A stretch of 64,000 nucleotides of DNA from Parvibaculum sp. (GCF_030651915.1 NZ_JAUSBV010000002.1:136414-200413), one strand, 5' to 3'. Positions 40,248 through 51,878 are shown, counted from the stretch's first letter. Numbers and translations: made by a program. Notes: generated by a model not told the origin, from the letters alone.

Positions 40248-40270
40248 CGTCCGGCCCAGACGCCACGAGA

Positions 40271-40302
40271 GACGGACGGCGGCGGGGTACGCGCCGTCCG
40301 TC
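40271..40302. terminator. GC-rich stem-loop after the Sel1 gene
   Basis: GACGGACGGCG...CGCCGTCCGTC 11-bp stem followed by GCCTTT. Confidence 0.4.
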
Positions 40303-40425
40303 GCCTTTCCCGCACCGAAGTGAAGCCGGGCTCCGGGTCTCGAAAGAGAACCCGCTCCTGCGGGGTCTGGCCGGCCTCTGAGTCCCAAAAGCCTCGCTTC
40401 CTGTGGCCATATTGCCGCATCAACG

Positions 40426-40454
40426 CTTGCGGGGCGTGAAACCCAAACCTATAT
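40426..40454 (+). promoter_or_regulatory. RpoH promoter of dnaK
   Basis: CTTGCG-N16-CCTATAT, a near-consensus alphaproteobacterial heat-shock promoter. Confidence 0.75.
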
Positions 40455-40651
40455 ACAGCGCAACCGTTTCAACCCCCCGGACCCCGGGGGCTTTGAGGGC
40501 CCGCCTCAGGGGAGCCCTTATTGCCCGCCGGGACGGACAACCCCTATTCAGGGGGCCGGTTTCGACCGGGAGCGCCCGCACGGGCGCGTCCTGGAACCCG
40601 CGGGCGCCAAATGCGGCCCGCCCGGCCCGCCGCAATGTGAGGACAACGAGA

Positions 40652-42577
40652 ATGGCTAAAGTTATCGGTATCGACCTCGGCACGACGAATTCCTGTGTCG
40701 CCGTGATGGAAGGCAAGACCGCCAAGGTGATCGAAAACGCCGAAGGCGCCCGCACCACGCCCTCCATGGTCGCCTTTACCGCCGATGGCGAGCGTCTGGT
40801 CGGCCAATCGGCCAAACGCCAAGCCGTCACCAACCCCTCCAACACCCTCTTTGCCATCAAGCGCCTGATCGGCCGCTCCTATGACGACCCCACCACCCAG
40901 AAGGACAAGGGCATGGTGCCCTACGACATCGTCAAGGCGCCGAACGGCGACGCCTGGGTGGAAGCGCATGGCGAGAAATATTCGCCCTCGCAAATCTCGG
41001 CCTTCATCCTGCAAAAAATGAAAGAGACGGCCGAAAGCTATCTCGGCGAAAAAGTCGAGAAGGCCGTCATCACCGTTCCGGCCTATTTCAACGACGCTCA
41101 GCGCCAGGCAACGAAAGACGCCGGCAAGATCGCGGGCCTCGAAGTGTTGCGGATCATCAACGAGCCGACGGCGGCCGCCCTCGCTTACGGTCTCGACAAG
41201 AAGGACGGCGAGCTGATTGCCGTTTACGACCTTGGCGGCGGCACGTTCGACGTGTCGATCCTCGAAATCGGCGACGGCGTCTTTGAAGTGAAGTCGACCA
41301 ATGGCGACACCTTCCTCGGCGGCGAAGATTTCGACATGCGGCTCGTCAATTATCTCGCCGACGAATTCAAGAAAGAGAACGGCATCGATCTGCGCGGCGA
41401 CAAGCTGGCGCTGCAGCGTCTGAAGGAAGCGGCCGAGAAAGCCAAGATCGAGCTTTCTTCCGCGACGCAGACCGAAGTCAACCTGCCCTTCATTACGGCC
41501 GATGCGTCGGGTCCGAAGCATCTCACCATGAAACTCACGCGCGCCAAGCTCGAAGCTCTGGTGGAAGATCTCATCCAGCGCACCATCGACCCTTGCAAGG
41601 CGGCGCTGAAAGATGCCGGCATCACGGCCGGTCAGATCAACGAGATCGTGCTGGTCGGCGGCCAGTCGCGCATGCCGAAAATCCGCGAAGCCGTGAAACA
41701 GTTCTTCGGCAAAGAGCCGAACATGAGCGTCAACCCGGATGAAGTGGTTGCCATGGGCGCCGCGATCCAGGCCGGTGTGTTGCAGGGCGATGTGAAAGAC
41801 GTGCTGCTGCTCGATGTGACACCGCTGTCGCTTGGCATCGAAACGCTGGGCGGCGTGTTCACCCGTCTCATCGAACGCAACACGACGATCCCGACCAAGA
41901 AAGCACAGACCTTCTCGACGGCGGAAGACAACCAGTCGGCGGTGACAATCCGCGTCTTCCAGGGCGAGCGTGAAATGGCCGCCAACAACAAGCTGCTCGG
42001 CCAGTTCGATCTTGTCGGTCTTCCGTCCGCACCGCGCGGTGTGCCGCAGATCGAAGTCGCCTTCGATATCGATGCCAATGGCATCGTCAATGTGTCGGCG
42101 AAAGACAAGGCAACCAACAAGGAACAGACCATCCGCATCGAAGCATCGGGCGGGCTTTCCGAGGCCGATATCGAGAAGATGGTCAAGGACGCCGAGGCGC
42201 ATGCCGAGGAAGACAAGAAGCGGCGCGAGGAAGCGGAAACCCGCAACCATGGCGAGGCCCTTGCCAATTCGACCGAAAAGATGCTGTCCGAGAACGCCGA
42301 CAAGGTGCCGGCCGATGTGAAGGCCGAAGTCGAGGCAGCACTCGAAGCACTGAAGGCGGCGCTGACTGGCGGCGATACGGCCGATATCAAAGTGAAGACC
42401 GAGGCGCTGACGCAAGTGTCGATGAAGCTCGGCGAAGCGCTTTACAAGGCCGCGCAGGCCGAGGCGCAGTCGGACGAAGCCGCGGGCGGCGATGCCGATG
42501 GCCGCGACGAGAATGTCGTCGATGCCGACTTCGAAGAAGTCGACGACGACAAGAAAGACCAGGACAAGTCCGCCTGA
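40652..42577 (+). CDS. dnaK: chaperone DnaK
   Basis: [49 protein letters not shown]. Confidence 0.99.
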   Translation: MAKVIGIDLGTTNSCVAVMEGKTAKVIENAEGARTTPSMVAFTADGERLVGQSAKRQAVTNPSNTLFAIKRLIGRSYDDPTTQKDKGMVPYDIVKAPNGDAWVEAHGEKYSPSQISAFILQKMKETAESYLGEKVEKAVITVPAYFNDAQRQATKDAGKIAGLEVLRIINEPTAAALAYGLDKKDGELIAVYDLGGGTFDVSILEIGDGVFEVKSTNGDTFLGGEDFDMRLVNYLADEFKKENGIDLRGDKLALQRLKEAAEKAKIELSSATQTEVNLPFITADASGPKHLTMKLTRAKLEALVEDLIQRTIDPCKAALKDAGITAGQINEIVLVGGQSRMPKIREAVKQFFGKEPNMSVNPDEVVAMGAAIQAGVLQGDVKDVLLLDVTPLSLGIETLGGVFTRLIERNTTIPTKKAQTFSTAEDNQSAVTIRVFQGEREMAANNKLLGQFDLVGLPSAPRGVPQIEVAFDIDANGIVNVSAKDKATNKEQTIRIEASGGLSEADIEKMVKDAEAHAEEDKKRREEAETRNHGEALANSTEKMLSENADKVPADVKAEVEAALEALKAALTGGDTADIKVKTEALTQVSMKLGEALYKAAQAEAQSDEAAGGDADGRDENVVDADFEEVDDDKKDQDKSA

Positions 42578-42678
42578 TCCGGGGCCTCGAGATGACGCCC
42601 GTTTCCCTCACACAAAATGCCCGGCGGGTGCGCGTCAGCGCGCCCGCAGCGGCCGCTCTTTGCCTAGGGTGACCTTCG

Positions 42679-43824
42679 ATGTCGAAGCGTGATTTTTACG
42701 ACGTCCTCGGGGTCGGCCGCGATGCGGGCGCCGATGAGCTCAAAAAAGCCTATCGCAATCTCGCCAAGAAATATCACCCCGACCAGAATCAGGGCGACAA
42801 GGAAGCCGAACAGCGCTTCAAGGAACTCAACGAAGCCTATGATGCGCTGAAGGACGAGCAGAGCCGCGCCGCCTATGATCAGTTCGGTCATGCCGCCTTC
42901 GATGGCGGCATGGGCGGCATGGGCGGCGCGCGGGGCGGCGGATTTGCCGGCGGCGCGTCAATGTCCGACATATTCGACGACCTGTTCGGCGAATTCATGG
43001 GCGGGCGGCGCGGCCAACGCAATGATGGCGGCCGCGCGCGCGGTCACGACCTGCGCTATAATATGGAGATCGACCTCGAGGAAGCCTTCGAGGGCAAGAA
43101 GGCACAAGTTCGCGTGCCGGGCTCCGTTGCCTGCGAAACCTGCAAAGGTTCGGGCGCGGCGCCAGGGTCGAGCCCGGTCACCTGCGCGACCTGCCAGGGT
43201 CATGGCAAGGTGCGCGCCTCCCAGGGCTTCTTCACCATCGAACGAACCTGCCCAACCTGCCACGGGCGCGGACAGACCATCGACAAGCCCTGCACCGCCT
43301 GTCACGGGCAGGGACGCGTCGAGAAGGAGCGCACGCTCTCGGTCAACATTCCGGCCGGCGTCGAGGACGGGACGCGCATCCGGCTTGCCGGCGAGGGCGA
43401 AGCCGGCATGCGGGGCGGGCCGGCGGGCGACCTCTACATCTTCCTTTCGGTCCGGCCGCACCGGCTTTTCGAACGCGATGGCGCCGATCTCTTTTGCCGC
43501 GTGCCGATTTCGATGGCGACCGCGGCGCTGGGCGGCGAGATCGAAGTGCCGACGCTGGGCGGCAAGCGGGTGAAGGTGAAAGTGCCGGAAGGCGCGCAAA
43601 CCGGCCGCCAGTTCCGGCTCAAGGGCAAAGGCATGCCGGTCGTCAATTCGCGCGAGACGGGCGACCTCTATATCCAGATCACGGTCGAAACGCCGGTCAA
43701 CCTGACCAAAAAGCAGAAAGAGCTGCTGAGGGAGTTCGAGACCTCCTCATCCGACAGCAACAATCCGGAAAGCTCGGGCTTCTTCGCCCGGGTCAAGGAA
43801 TTCTGGGACGGTTTCCAAAACTGA
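42679..43824 (+). CDS. dnaJ: chaperone DnaJ
   Basis: J-domain HPD, G/F region, four CxxCxGxG motifs. Confidence 0.98.
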   Translation: MSKRDFYDVLGVGRDAGADELKKAYRNLAKKYHPDQNQGDKEAEQRFKELNEAYDALKDEQSRAAYDQFGHAAFDGGMGGMGGARGGGFAGGASMSDIFDDLFGEFMGGRRGQRNDGGRARGHDLRYNMEIDLEEAFEGKKAQVRVPGSVACETCKGSGAAPGSSPVTCATCQGHGKVRASQGFFTIERTCPTCHGRGQTIDKPCTACHGQGRVEKERTLSVNIPAGVEDGTRIRLAGEGEAGMRGGPAGDLYIFLSVRPHRLFERDGADLFCRVPISMATAALGGEIEVPTLGGKRVKVKVPEGAQTGRQFRLKGKGMPVVNSRETGDLYIQITVETPVNLTKKQKELLREFETSSSDSNNPESSGFFARVKEFWDGFQN

Positions 43825-43857
43825 GTGAATCGGTGTGCCCGACTTTGCGCTATTCTG

Positions 43858-43892
43858 AAAAGGCCGCTTGAACGACTCAGGGGGCCTTTTTT
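43858..43892 (+). terminator. rho-independent terminator after dnaJ
   Basis: AAAGGCC...GGCCTTT stem followed by a T-run. Confidence 0.65.
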
Positions 43893-43907
43893 GCGGGCGG
43901 GTTCCGG

Positions 43908-44246
43908 ATGCAAAATTACGTTCTTCCGGTTGTGCTGCTGATCGCCTCCAACCTCTTCATGACGGTTGCCTGGTACTGGCACCTCAAATTCAAGCATCTG
44001 CCGATCGCGACCGTCGTGATGGTGAGTTGGGGAATCGCGCTGATCGAATACACGCTCGCCGTGCCGGCCAACCGCATCGGTTATGGCGTCTACACGGCAC
44101 ATCAGCTCAAGACCCTGCAGGAAGTCATCACGCTGACGGTTTTCGTCGGCTTTTCGGCCTTCTATCTGGGCCAAGGGCCGACATGGAACACGCTGATCGG
44201 CTTTTCGTTGATCGCGCTCGGCGCTTATTTCGTCTTCCGGGGCTGA
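43908..44246 (+). CDS. DMT-family small membrane protein (DUF486-like)
   Basis: SNLFMTVAWYWHLK, SWGIALIEY..AVPANRIG, QLKTLQEVITL. Confidence 0.85.
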   Translation: MQNYVLPVVLLIASNLFMTVAWYWHLKFKHLPIATVVMVSWGIALIEYTLAVPANRIGYGVYTAHQLKTLQEVITLTVFVGFSAFYLGQGPTWNTLIGFSLIALGAYFVFRG

Positions 44247-44288
44247 TTGGGGACTGCTATACCGCCCCAAACGCTGGGAGCCACCGAC

Positions 44289-45101
44289 ATGGCGGATGAC
44301 ATCAAGATCGCGGTGACGGGCGCGGGCGGCCGGATGGGCCGGACGCTGATCGCGCTCATCCACGAGACGGCGGGGCTGACGCTGGCCGGCGGCATCGAGG
44401 CCGAAGGCTCGGCCCATCTCGGCGCCGATCTCGGCATGCTGGCGGGCCTTGCACCGCTCGGCCTCGCGGCAACCGACGATGCCCTCAACGTCATCAAGAC
44501 GGCCGATGCGCTGATCGATTTCTCGGTGCCGGCCGCAAGCGTCGAATTTGCGGCGCTGACCGCACAGGCGCGGATCGTCCATGTGATCGGCACGACGGGC
44601 TTCACCGAGGCCGACGAGGCCCGGATTTCGGCAGCGGCGCGTCATGCCACCATCGTCAAGGCCGGCAATATGAGCCTCGGGGTCAATCTTCTGGCGGCGC
44701 TGGTGCGGCAGGCGGCGCGCGCGCTCGATGCGGCATGGGATATCGAGATCGTCGAAATGCATCACCGCCACAAGGTCGATGCACCGTCCGGCACGGCTTT
44801 GCTGCTTGGACAGGCGGCGGCCGATGGGCGTGGCGTCGCGCTCAATGAAAATTCGGAGCGTGGACGCGACGGCCAGACCGGCGCGCGCCGCGAAGGCGCC
44901 ATCGGCTTTGCGAGTTTGCGCGGCGGTTCGGTTGTCGGCGACCATCAGGTGATCTTTGCCGGCGCGCAGGAGCGCATCGTGCTTGGGCATGTTGCCGAGG
45001 ACCGCGGCATCTTCGCCCGCGGGGCGCTGAAGGCCGCAGCGTGGGGGCAGGGCAGGGGGCCCGGCCTGTTCAATATGGCCGATGTGCTCGGTATCGAATA
45101 A
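44289..45101 (+). CDS. dapB: 4-hydroxy-tetrahydrodipicolinate reductase
   Basis: [41 protein letters not shown]. Confidence 0.97.
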   Translation: MADDIKIAVTGAGGRMGRTLIALIHETAGLTLAGGIEAEGSAHLGADLGMLAGLAPLGLAATDDALNVIKTADALIDFSVPAASVEFAALTAQARIVHVIGTTGFTEADEARISAAARHATIVKAGNMSLGVNLLAALVRQAARALDAAWDIEIVEMHHRHKVDAPSGTALLLGQAAADGRGVALNENSERGRDGQTGARREGAIGFASLRGGSVVGDHQVIFAGAQERIVLGHVAEDRGIFARGALKAAAWGQGRGPGLFNMADVLGIE

Positions 45102-45131
45102 TTCGTCTACAGACAAATTCTGGAGTCAACC

Positions 45132-45764
45132 TTGTCGAACCTGCTTGTGCTTGTCCGCCACGGACAAAGCGAATGGAACAAGAAGAACCTCTTCACCGGC
45201 TGGCGCGATCCGGGCCTGACCGAACAGGGCGTTGCGGAGGCGCGCGAAGCCGGGCAGGCAATGAAGACGCGCGGGCTCGTTTTCGACGTCGCCTTCACCT
45301 CGGCGCTGTCGCGCGCGCAGGAGACCAACCGCCTCATGCTTGAGGAGCTCGGACAGGCGGACATCGAGATCGTCAGGGACCAGGCGCTCAACGAGCGCGA
45401 CTATGGCGACCTGTCGGGCCTCAACAAGGACGATGCGCGCGAGAAATGGGGCGAGGAACAGGTTCATATCTGGCGGCGTTCCTACGACGTGCCGCCGCCC
45501 GGCGGCGAAAGCCTGAAGATGACGGCCGAACGCGTTCTGCCTTACTACGAGAGAGAAATCCTGCCGCGCGTCCTGAACGGCGAGCGGGTGCTTGTCGCCG
45601 CGCATGGCAACAGCTTGCGGGCGCTGGTGATGCTGCTCGACAAGCTCAGCCAGGACGAGGTGCTGGCGCTCAACATCGCCACCGGCGCGCCGATCGTCTA
45701 TCAGCTCGACGGCAAGGGCAATGTGCTGAAGAAGGAAATGCTGATCGAGCGCGACGCTCACTGA
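45132..45764 (+). CDS. gpmA: 2,3-BPG-dependent phosphoglycerate mutase
   Basis: [38 protein letters not shown]; TTG start. Confidence 0.95.
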   Translation: MSNLLVLVRHGQSEWNKKNLFTGWRDPGLTEQGVAEAREAGQAMKTRGLVFDVAFTSALSRAQETNRLMLEELGQADIEIVRDQALNERDYGDLSGLNKDDAREKWGEEQVHIWRRSYDVPPPGGESLKMTAERVLPYYEREILPRVLNGERVLVAAHGNSLRALVMLLDKLSQDEVLALNIATGAPIVYQLDGKGNVLKKEMLIERDAH

Positions 45765-45767
45765 CGC

Positions 45768-46289
45768 TCAGGCGTGGTGACCGGCCTTCAGCGACGCCAG
45801 CGCCACCTCAAGGGCGCGCGCAAAATCCTTGCGCTCGGGCGGCGACAGAAAAGAGGCGACTTCCAAGGCTCGCCCATGGCTCAGGAGATGGAGCTCGGTC
45901 GACTTGTCGGGATTCACCTTGAGCGACAGGCGTACCCAGTAAGGTTGGAAGCTGAAAGCGCGGGCGCGGCCTTTTGCGTCGACCTGGCGAACGCGCAACT
46001 CGCTCTGCGACATCTGCACCGTTTCATGGGCGCGGGCGGCGCGGTAGTTCGCCCGGAACGCCCACCAGACCAACGCCACTTCGAGACCACAAAAACCCAG
46101 AACCGGCCAGGCGCCTTTCGCCATGAAGACCGCACCGGCCGTGAAGTTGACCGCCGCGATGACGCCCATGACGATCAGGAAGCCCTTGCGCGAGAGCGAA
46201 CGATGCGGCGTCAGCAGCGCGTCGAAGTGAAGCGGCGCGGCCAGAGGCTCGGCGCTCGCGGCGGGAAATGAGGCAGCGGCAACGGTCAT
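45768..46289 (-). CDS. DUF2244-family membrane protein
   Basis: LTPHRSLSRKGF, GAWPVLGFCGLE, FQPYWVRL, VASFLSPPER..FARAL. Confidence 0.85.
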   Translation of the reverse strand: MTVAAASFPAASAEPLAAPLHFDALLTPHRSLSRKGFLIVMGVIAAVNFTAGAVFMAKGAWPVLGFCGLEVALVWWAFRANYRAARAHETVQMSQSELRVRQVDAKGRARAFSFQPYWVRLSLKVNPDKSTELHLLSHGRALEVASFLSPPERKDFARALEVALASLKAGHHA

Positions 46290-46369
46290 GGGCAGATGCT
46301 AGATTGCGGTACGGCAGGGCGCAATGCGGCCTTGCGGCGCGGCGGTGTTATGGCCAAAGTCTCGACACC

Positions 46370-47014
46370 ATGCCGATGAAAAAACCCCAGATCGAAGCGT
46401 TTTTCCGCCGCCTGTCGGACGCCCTGCCGGTGCCGGAGACCGAGCTCAAATACATCAACACCTATACGCTGCTGGTGGCCGTCGTCCTGTCAGCGCAGGC
46501 GACCGATGTGGGCGTCAACAAGGCGACCGAAAAGCTCTTCAAGACTGTCGATACGCCGCAAAAGATGCTGAAGCTCGGCGAGGCGGGGCTGACGCAGCAC
46601 ATCAAGACCATCGGGCTTTACCGCAACAAGGCCAAAAACGTCATGGCGCTGTCGCGGCTGCTGATCGAACGGCATGGCGGCGAGGTGCCGCGCGACCGCG
46701 AGGCACTGCAGGCACTGCCGGGTGTCGGGCGCAAGACCGCCAACGTCGTGCTCAACGTCGCCTTCGGGGAACCGACCATCGCGGTCGACACGCATATCTT
46801 CCGCGTCTCGAACCGGACCGGGCTTGCGCCGGGCAAGGATGTGCTGGCCGTCGAGCTGAAACTGGAAAAAGTCGTGCCGCCCGCCTACCGCCTGCATGCG
46901 CATCACTGGCTGATCCTGCATGGGCGCTATGTCTGCAAGGCGCGCAAGCCCGATTGTCCGGCTTGCCGGGTGGCCGATCTTTGCCAGTTCAAGGCCAAGA
47001 CGACGGTTGCCTGA
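46370..47014 (+). CDS. nth: endonuclease III
   Basis: LLVAVVLSAQATD, HhH LPGVGRKTANVV, AVDTH, CKARKPDCPAC..ADLC Fe-S motif. Confidence 0.97.
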   Translation: MPMKKPQIEAFFRRLSDALPVPETELKYINTYTLLVAVVLSAQATDVGVNKATEKLFKTVDTPQKMLKLGEAGLTQHIKTIGLYRNKAKNVMALSRLLIERHGGEVPRDREALQALPGVGRKTANVVLNVAFGEPTIAVDTHIFRVSNRTGLAPGKDVLAVELKLEKVVPPAYRLHAHHWLILHGRYVCKARKPDCPACRVADLCQFKAKTTVA

Positions 47015-47016
47015 AC

Positions 47017-47394
47017 TCAGGACATCGGCGCGTTGCGGCGTGCCACAACGGTTGCGAGGCAGGATGCCTTGTCCGCCGCGCCGCCTTCGAGCCTGCGCGC
47101 ATCGACATGGCGCGCGCCGAGCGCGCCCGATGGCGTTTCGTAGAAATAGACGAAGAGGCTGCAATCGCCACCCGCATATTGCCAGACTTCGGCATGAGGC
47201 TCACTGCGGCGGAAGTCGGGTTCACCGAGGCGCGCCGAGATTGCCGAGGGTGCGGCACCAACCAGACTTGCCGGCGTCAGCCCGCCCGGCGGTAACGCCG
47301 CCATGACGCCGCCACGCGCGTCGATGCCGGTGCCGGGCGCCGTTTCGCAGGCGGCGAGCGCCAAAGGCAACAGCAGTATCAGAACGCGCTTCAT
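47017..47394 (-). CDS. conserved hypothetical lipoprotein
   Basis: Lipobox LAAC; LGEPDFRRSEPHAEVWQYAGGDCSLFVYFY; ATGA overlap with the upstream gene. Confidence 0.7.
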   Translation of the reverse strand: MKRVLILLLPLALAACETAPGTGIDARGGVMAALPPGGLTPASLVGAAPSAISARLGEPDFRRSEPHAEVWQYAGGDCSLFVYFYETPSGALGARHVDARRLEGGAADKASCLATVVARRNAPMS

Positions 47395-48062
47395 GCGAAG
47401 CCCTCCGGGACAGCGACTTTCTTGTAGGTATGAACCATGAAGACGGCGCCGAATAGAGGGGCGAAAAGATTGAGCACCGGAACGGTCGCGAAAAGCGCTA
47501 CCAGGACGCCGGCTGCCATTACACGGCTGCGGTGACGGCGGCGAAGCGCGGTTGCCGCGGCTGGCGCGAGATGGCGCAGCGCCACCAGTTCGAAATATTC
47601 GCGCCCGAGCAGATAGCCGTTGACAGCCCAGAAGAGAAAAATATTGACGACCGGGATCAGATAGAAAGGCAACACCAGCAGGTTGACCGCGATCAGCACC
47701 ACCGTGAAGCGGATGGCGACAATGAGCGACTGCCAGAATGGCTGGTCGCGCCCCGGCGGATCAGAGGGATAGGCCGTCTCCTCGACACGCGCGGCAACCG
47801 ACTCCAGAAAGAGGCCGGCGACCAGCGAGACGACCGGATGCACCAGCGGGATCAATACGATGATCGCGAGGAAGCGCGCGGCGATGGCGACAATCGTGTC
47901 GAGCCAGCCGATGCCGAATTCGGGCAGCGCCGCGAGTGCCCATTGCAGCCCGGCCCCGAACAACACGAGCACGAGCAACGTTACCCCCAGTGACAGCCAC
48001 ATGACGCGGCGGAAGGGGGCGGAGAAGGTTTCCCGCAAGGCGCGCGCGGCGTCGGACAGCAT
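47391..48062 (-). CDS. EI24/CysZ-family membrane protein
   Basis: GLFLESVAARVE, NGYLLGREYFELVALR, VPVLNLFAPLF. Confidence 0.8.
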   Translation of the reverse strand: MLSDAARALRETFSAPFRRVMWLSLGVTLLVLVLFGAGLQWALAALPEFGIGWLDTIVAIAARFLAIIVLIPLVHPVVSLVAGLFLESVAARVEETAYPSDPPGRDQPFWQSLIVAIRFTVVLIAVNLLVLPFYLIPVVNIFLFWAVNGYLLGREYFELVALRHLAPAAATALRRRHRSRVMAAGVLVALFATVPVLNLFAPLFGAVFMVHTYKKVAVPEGFA

Positions 48063-48242
48063 CGCTCGTGCTCCAGTGTCTCAGAAACTTGCCGGGCCAA
48101 ACTAGAGCGGGACCGCGCGAACTACAAATTGCGGATTTACCGCACCCGGGGGTCGGGCCAAGTGGCGATTTTGTACTTATGGCACAGGTTCCCTATACTC
48201 CGGCCTCGAACCCTCCCCGAACTTCAATAAAATCCGAGGACC

Positions 48243-49238
48243 ATGACCGATCTCAAATATGACGTTGCCGGCATCGGCAATGCGCTGGTTGACGTTATCG
48301 CCGACGCCGACGACAAATTCCTGACCGCCAACGGCATCGAGAAAGGCTCGATGACGCTGATCGACGACAAGCGCGCCGACGATCTCTATGGCCGCATGGG
48401 CCAGGCGGTCGAAATGTCGGGCGGCTCCTGCGCCAACACGATCGCGGGGCTCGCCTCGCTCGGCGGCAAGGGCGCTTTTTTCGGCAAGGTCAAGCGCGAC
48501 CAGCTCGGCGACGTCTTCATGCACGACATCAAGGCGCTCGGCGTCGAATTTCCGGCAAAGCCCGCAAGCGCCGGCGCGCCGACCGGCCGCTGCCTCATTC
48601 TGGTGACGCCGGATGCGCAGCGCAGCATGAATACATTTCTCGGCGCGGCGCAAAAGCTCGGACCCGACGACATCGACGAGGCGACGATCCGCGCCTCGGC
48701 GATCACCTACATGGAGGGCTATCTGTGGGACCAGCCCGACGCCAAGCAGGCCTTTCTCAAGGCCGCGAAAATCGCCCATGACGCCGGACGCCTGGTCTCG
48801 CTGACGCTGTCGGACAGTTTCTGCGTCGACCGCTACCGCGAGGAGTTCCGCCGCCTTGCGAAAGACGAGGTCGACCTGCTGTTTGCCAACGAAGCTGAAA
48901 TCCTGTCGCTCTACCAGACGGATGTCTTCGACGAGGCGCTGCAGAAAGTGCGTGCCGACTGCAAGTTCGCGGCATTGACGCGTTCGGAAGCAGGCGCCGT
49001 CATCGTCGCCGACGGCGAAGTGCATGTGGTCGATGCCGACAAGATTGCGAAAGTTGTCGACACGACCGGCGCGGGCGATCTCTTCGCCGCCGGGTTCCTC
49101 TACGGGCTCACGCGCGGCAAGGACCCGGTGACATGCGGCAGGCTCGGCGCGATGGCGGCGGCAGAGGTCATCTCGCATTACGGGCCGCGACCGCAGGTTT
49201 CGCTGGCGAAACTGGCGCAGGAAAAAGGGCTCGTCTGA
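48243..49238 (+). CDS. PfkB-family adenosine kinase
   Basis: GIGNALVD, SGGSCANT, AQRSMNTFLGA, YMEGYLWD, FANEAE, VDTTGAGDLFAAGFL. Confidence 0.9.
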   Translation: MTDLKYDVAGIGNALVDVIADADDKFLTANGIEKGSMTLIDDKRADDLYGRMGQAVEMSGGSCANTIAGLASLGGKGAFFGKVKRDQLGDVFMHDIKALGVEFPAKPASAGAPTGRCLILVTPDAQRSMNTFLGAAQKLGPDDIDEATIRASAITYMEGYLWDQPDAKQAFLKAAKIAHDAGRLVSLTLSDSFCVDRYREEFRRLAKDEVDLLFANEAEILSLYQTDVFDEALQKVRADCKFAALTRSEAGAVIVADGEVHVVDADKIAKVVDTTGAGDLFAAGFLYGLTRGKDPVTCGRLGAMAAAEVISHYGPRPQVSLAKLAQEKGLV

Positions 49239-49241
49239 GAT

Positions 49242-50204
49242 TCAGATCTTGCGCAAAAACACGTCGCGGATGCGGTGATCGTCGCCCTTGCGCAGAATAA
49301 GGTCGGCGCGCTGGCGCGTCGGCAGGATGTTTCGGCGCAGGTTGGCTAGGTTGATCGAGGTCCAGATCGCGTCGGCCGTTTCAACCGCCTCCTCGTCGCT
49401 CAATTTCGAATAGCGGTGAAAGTAAGCGGCCGGATCCTTGAAGGACGTGCGGCGCAGGCTCAGGAAGCGTTCGATATACCAGCGCCTGATCGCCACTTCA
49501 TCCGCATCGAGATAGATCGAAAAGTCAAAAAAGTCGGAGACGAATGGCTGCGGCTCGTCACCATCGGCCGGCTTCCACGGCTGCAGGACATTCAGCCCCT
49601 CGACAACCAGGATATCGGGCTGGTCGACCGGGATCGTCTCGTCCGCCAGAATGTCATAGGTGAAATGCGAATAGACGGGCGCTTCGACACGGCGGGAGCC
49701 GGCTTTCACATCCGAAAGAAAACGCAACAGACGCTTGATGTCGAAGCTCTCGGGGAAGCCCTTGCGTTGCATCAAGCCGCGTTCTTCGAGCACCTTGTTC
49801 GGGTACAAAAACCCGTCGGTGGTGATGAGGTCGACCTTTGGATGATTGGGCCAGCGCGCCAGCAGCGTGCGCAAAATGCGCGCGGTGGTCGACTTGCCGA
49901 CAGCGACCGAGCCGGCAACGCCGACGATGTAGGGAACCTTGTCCTGTTCACGTCCCAGAAAATCCGAGGTGACGCGATAGAGTTCCTGCATCTCGCCGAC
50001 ATAGAGATTGAGCAGACGCGATAGCGGCAGGAAAATCTCCGACACCTCGTCAAGCGAGATCCGCTCGCCGAAACCGCGCAACTCCTCCAGCTCCGCTTCG
50101 GAAAGCGGCAGCGGTGTATCCTTGCGCAAACGACCCCAGGCTTCCGACGTGAAATGGCGAAAGGGCGACAGAAGCATCTTGTCGTCGGGGTCGCTCAGAG
50201 GCAT
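49242..50204 (-). CDS. coaA: type I pantothenate kinase
   Basis: [40 protein letters not shown]. Confidence 0.96.
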   Translation of the reverse strand: MPLSDPDDKMLLSPFRHFTSEAWGRLRKDTPLPLSEAELEELRGFGERISLDEVSEIFLPLSRLLNLYVGEMQELYRVTSDFLGREQDKVPYIVGVAGSVAVGKSTTARILRTLLARWPNHPKVDLITTDGFLYPNKVLEERGLMQRKGFPESFDIKRLLRFLSDVKAGSRRVEAPVYSHFTYDILADETIPVDQPDILVVEGLNVLQPWKPADGDEPQPFVSDFFDFSIYLDADEVAIRRWYIERFLSLRRTSFKDPAAYFHRYSKLSDEEAVETADAIWTSINLANLRRNILPTRQRADLILRKGDDHRIRDVFLRKI

Positions 50205-50246
50205 GGGCCGGATTCCACTACGGAGGTCATGGGGTCGGATCCCGTC

Positions 50247-50576
50247 TCAGCTCGAGCTTCGGGTGGCTTTTTCATCGAGACCGGAGCGACCTTCCCGGCG
50301 TGCCAGTTCGGCATAGACATCAGCAGGCTTGAGATCGAGCGCGGCGAGCAAGACAAGCCAGTGATAGAGCAGATCCGCACTCTCGGCGATCGTGGCCTTG
50401 GCGTCGCCCCGTGTCGCGGCAATGACCGTTTCGACCGCTTCCTCGCCAAGCTTCTGGGCACAAAGCAAAGTGCCGCCGGCAAGCAGCTTTGCCGTATAGG
50501 AGCCGGCAGCGTCGGCGCCCTTGCGGGCGGCGATCGTCGCAAACAACTGGTCGAGCTGGCTGGCATCGGCGGCCAT
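50247..50576 (-). CDS. hisE: phosphoribosyl-ATP pyrophosphatase
   Basis: [34 protein letters not shown]. Confidence 0.95.
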   Translation of the reverse strand: MAADASQLDQLFATIAARKGADAAGSYTAKLLAGGTLLCAQKLGEEAVETVIAATRGDAKATIAESADLLYHWLVLLAALDLKPADVYAELARREGRSGLDEKATRSSS

Positions 50577-50690
50577 ACGCTGCGGCTCCGGAGGCGTTAA
50601 CAGATCCGGCGGAGGCTTGAAATGGCGCCGCGCGGCGGCTTTGCGTAGCAGATTTGGGGCCGGGAGGCCAGCGGCGGCACTGACCGCCCG

Positions 50691-51785
50691 TCAGCGCCGG
50701 GTTAACAGGCTGGTGCCCGAAAGTTCGCCGGTCTTGGCGCCGTCCTGCCTGGCGCCTTTCAGATCGGCGCCTCTGAGATCGGCGCCCCTGAGATCGGCCC
50801 CCAGAAGATTGGCGCGCAGCAGAATGGCGTTGGTGAAATCCGCCGCCGCCAGGACCGCGTTTTCAAAATTGACGTCAGCCAGGATCGCCTCGCAAAACAC
50901 GGCGCCGGCAAGCACGGCACGCGAGAAATCGGTGCGCGACAGATCCATGCGGGCGAAATCGGCGCGGTGGCCTTTTTGCTGGCCGGTCTGGATCCAGAGC
51001 ATGTGCGCGGCCAGGATTTTCGCCATGCGCTCCGGACCGGGTGCCGTGCGCGGCTTCACCGCCCGCATCAGATCGCCGCGCGAAACGGTCGCCTCGTCCA
51101 TGATGGCACGGCGGAAATCGGCATCGGCCAGATTGGCGCCGGACAGTTCGACACCTTTCAATTCGGCGCCGGCAAAGCTCGCGCCCCTGAGATCGGCGCC
51201 TTGCAGGCTCGCGCCTGACATTGCCGCACCTTCGAAATCGGCATCGAGCAGTTTGCATTCGGTCATGTTGGTGCCAAACATGCGTGCGCCACGAAAGCTC
51301 GAATTTTCCTTGCCGACCGGCGCCGACGCGCCGCGACGAATGACGGCACCGCGCCTGAGATCGGCTCCTTCGAGCTGCGCACCTTCAAGCTGGGCATTTT
51401 CGAATTGCGCACCGCGCAGATCGGCACGGGCGAAATTGGTACGCGTCAGATTGGCCGTGTCGAAATTGGCACTGAAGAGATTGGCGCCAGCAAAATGCGA
51501 ATCTTCCAGATCGGCATCTGTGAAATCGCAGCCGATGAAGTGTCCATGCGAGAAATTGAGGTTGCGGAAATCAAGCCCCGAGAGGTCGCACTCCTTCATG
51601 ATCACGCACCAGCCGTTGGGAACGCCCTTCAGATAACGCATGTGAAGGTCGTTCAGTCGGTTCAGTGCTTCCTGGCTGATGCGGCGGCCGATAATGGCAT
51701 GAGGCTCGCTCGCCGGCTTGCGCTCCGGCGCGGGCTCCAGCTCGATCGCCACCATGCGCGGCTCATTGCTCAAACTCTCGGACAT
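50691..51785 (-). CDS. pentapeptide repeat protein
   Basis: Three blocks of A(D/N)LxxA-type pentapeptides (GANLFSANFD, GADLRGASF, GADLRGADLKGA), with two non-repeat inserts (LHMRYLKG; AHMLWIQTGQQKGHRADF). Confidence 0.9.
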   Translation of the reverse strand: MSESLSNEPRMVAIELEPAPERKPASEPHAIIGRRISQEALNRLNDLHMRYLKGVPNGWCVIMKECDLSGLDFRNLNFSHGHFIGCDFTDADLEDSHFAGANLFSANFDTANLTRTNFARADLRGAQFENAQLEGAQLEGADLRRGAVIRRGASAPVGKENSSFRGARMFGTNMTECKLLDADFEGAAMSGASLQGADLRGASFAGAELKGVELSGANLADADFRRAIMDEATVSRGDLMRAVKPRTAPGPERMAKILAAHMLWIQTGQQKGHRADFARMDLSRTDFSRAVLAGAVFCEAILADVNFENAVLAAADFTNAILLRANLLGADLRGADLRGADLKGARQDGAKTGELSGTSLLTRR

Positions 51786-51863
51786 GGGCAGAAAACCTTA
51801 CGCACAAACGGCCGCGCATGAAGGGCGGCCACCAACCCGGATCGCCAAGCTAGAACGGAGTTT

Positions 51864-51878
51864 TTCACATTTGCTTAA
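51864..51878. promoter_or_regulatory. near-consensus CtrA box upstream of the pentapeptide gene
   Basis: TTCA-CATTTGC-TTAA(C), one mismatch to TTAA-N7-TTAA, about 80 nt upstream of the ATG. Confidence 0.45.

Noticed and set aside
36188-40651. CIRCE element near hrcA, grpE or dnaK
   Set aside because: I found no TTAGCACTC-N9-GAGTGCTAA; in alphaproteobacteria it usually sits at groESL.
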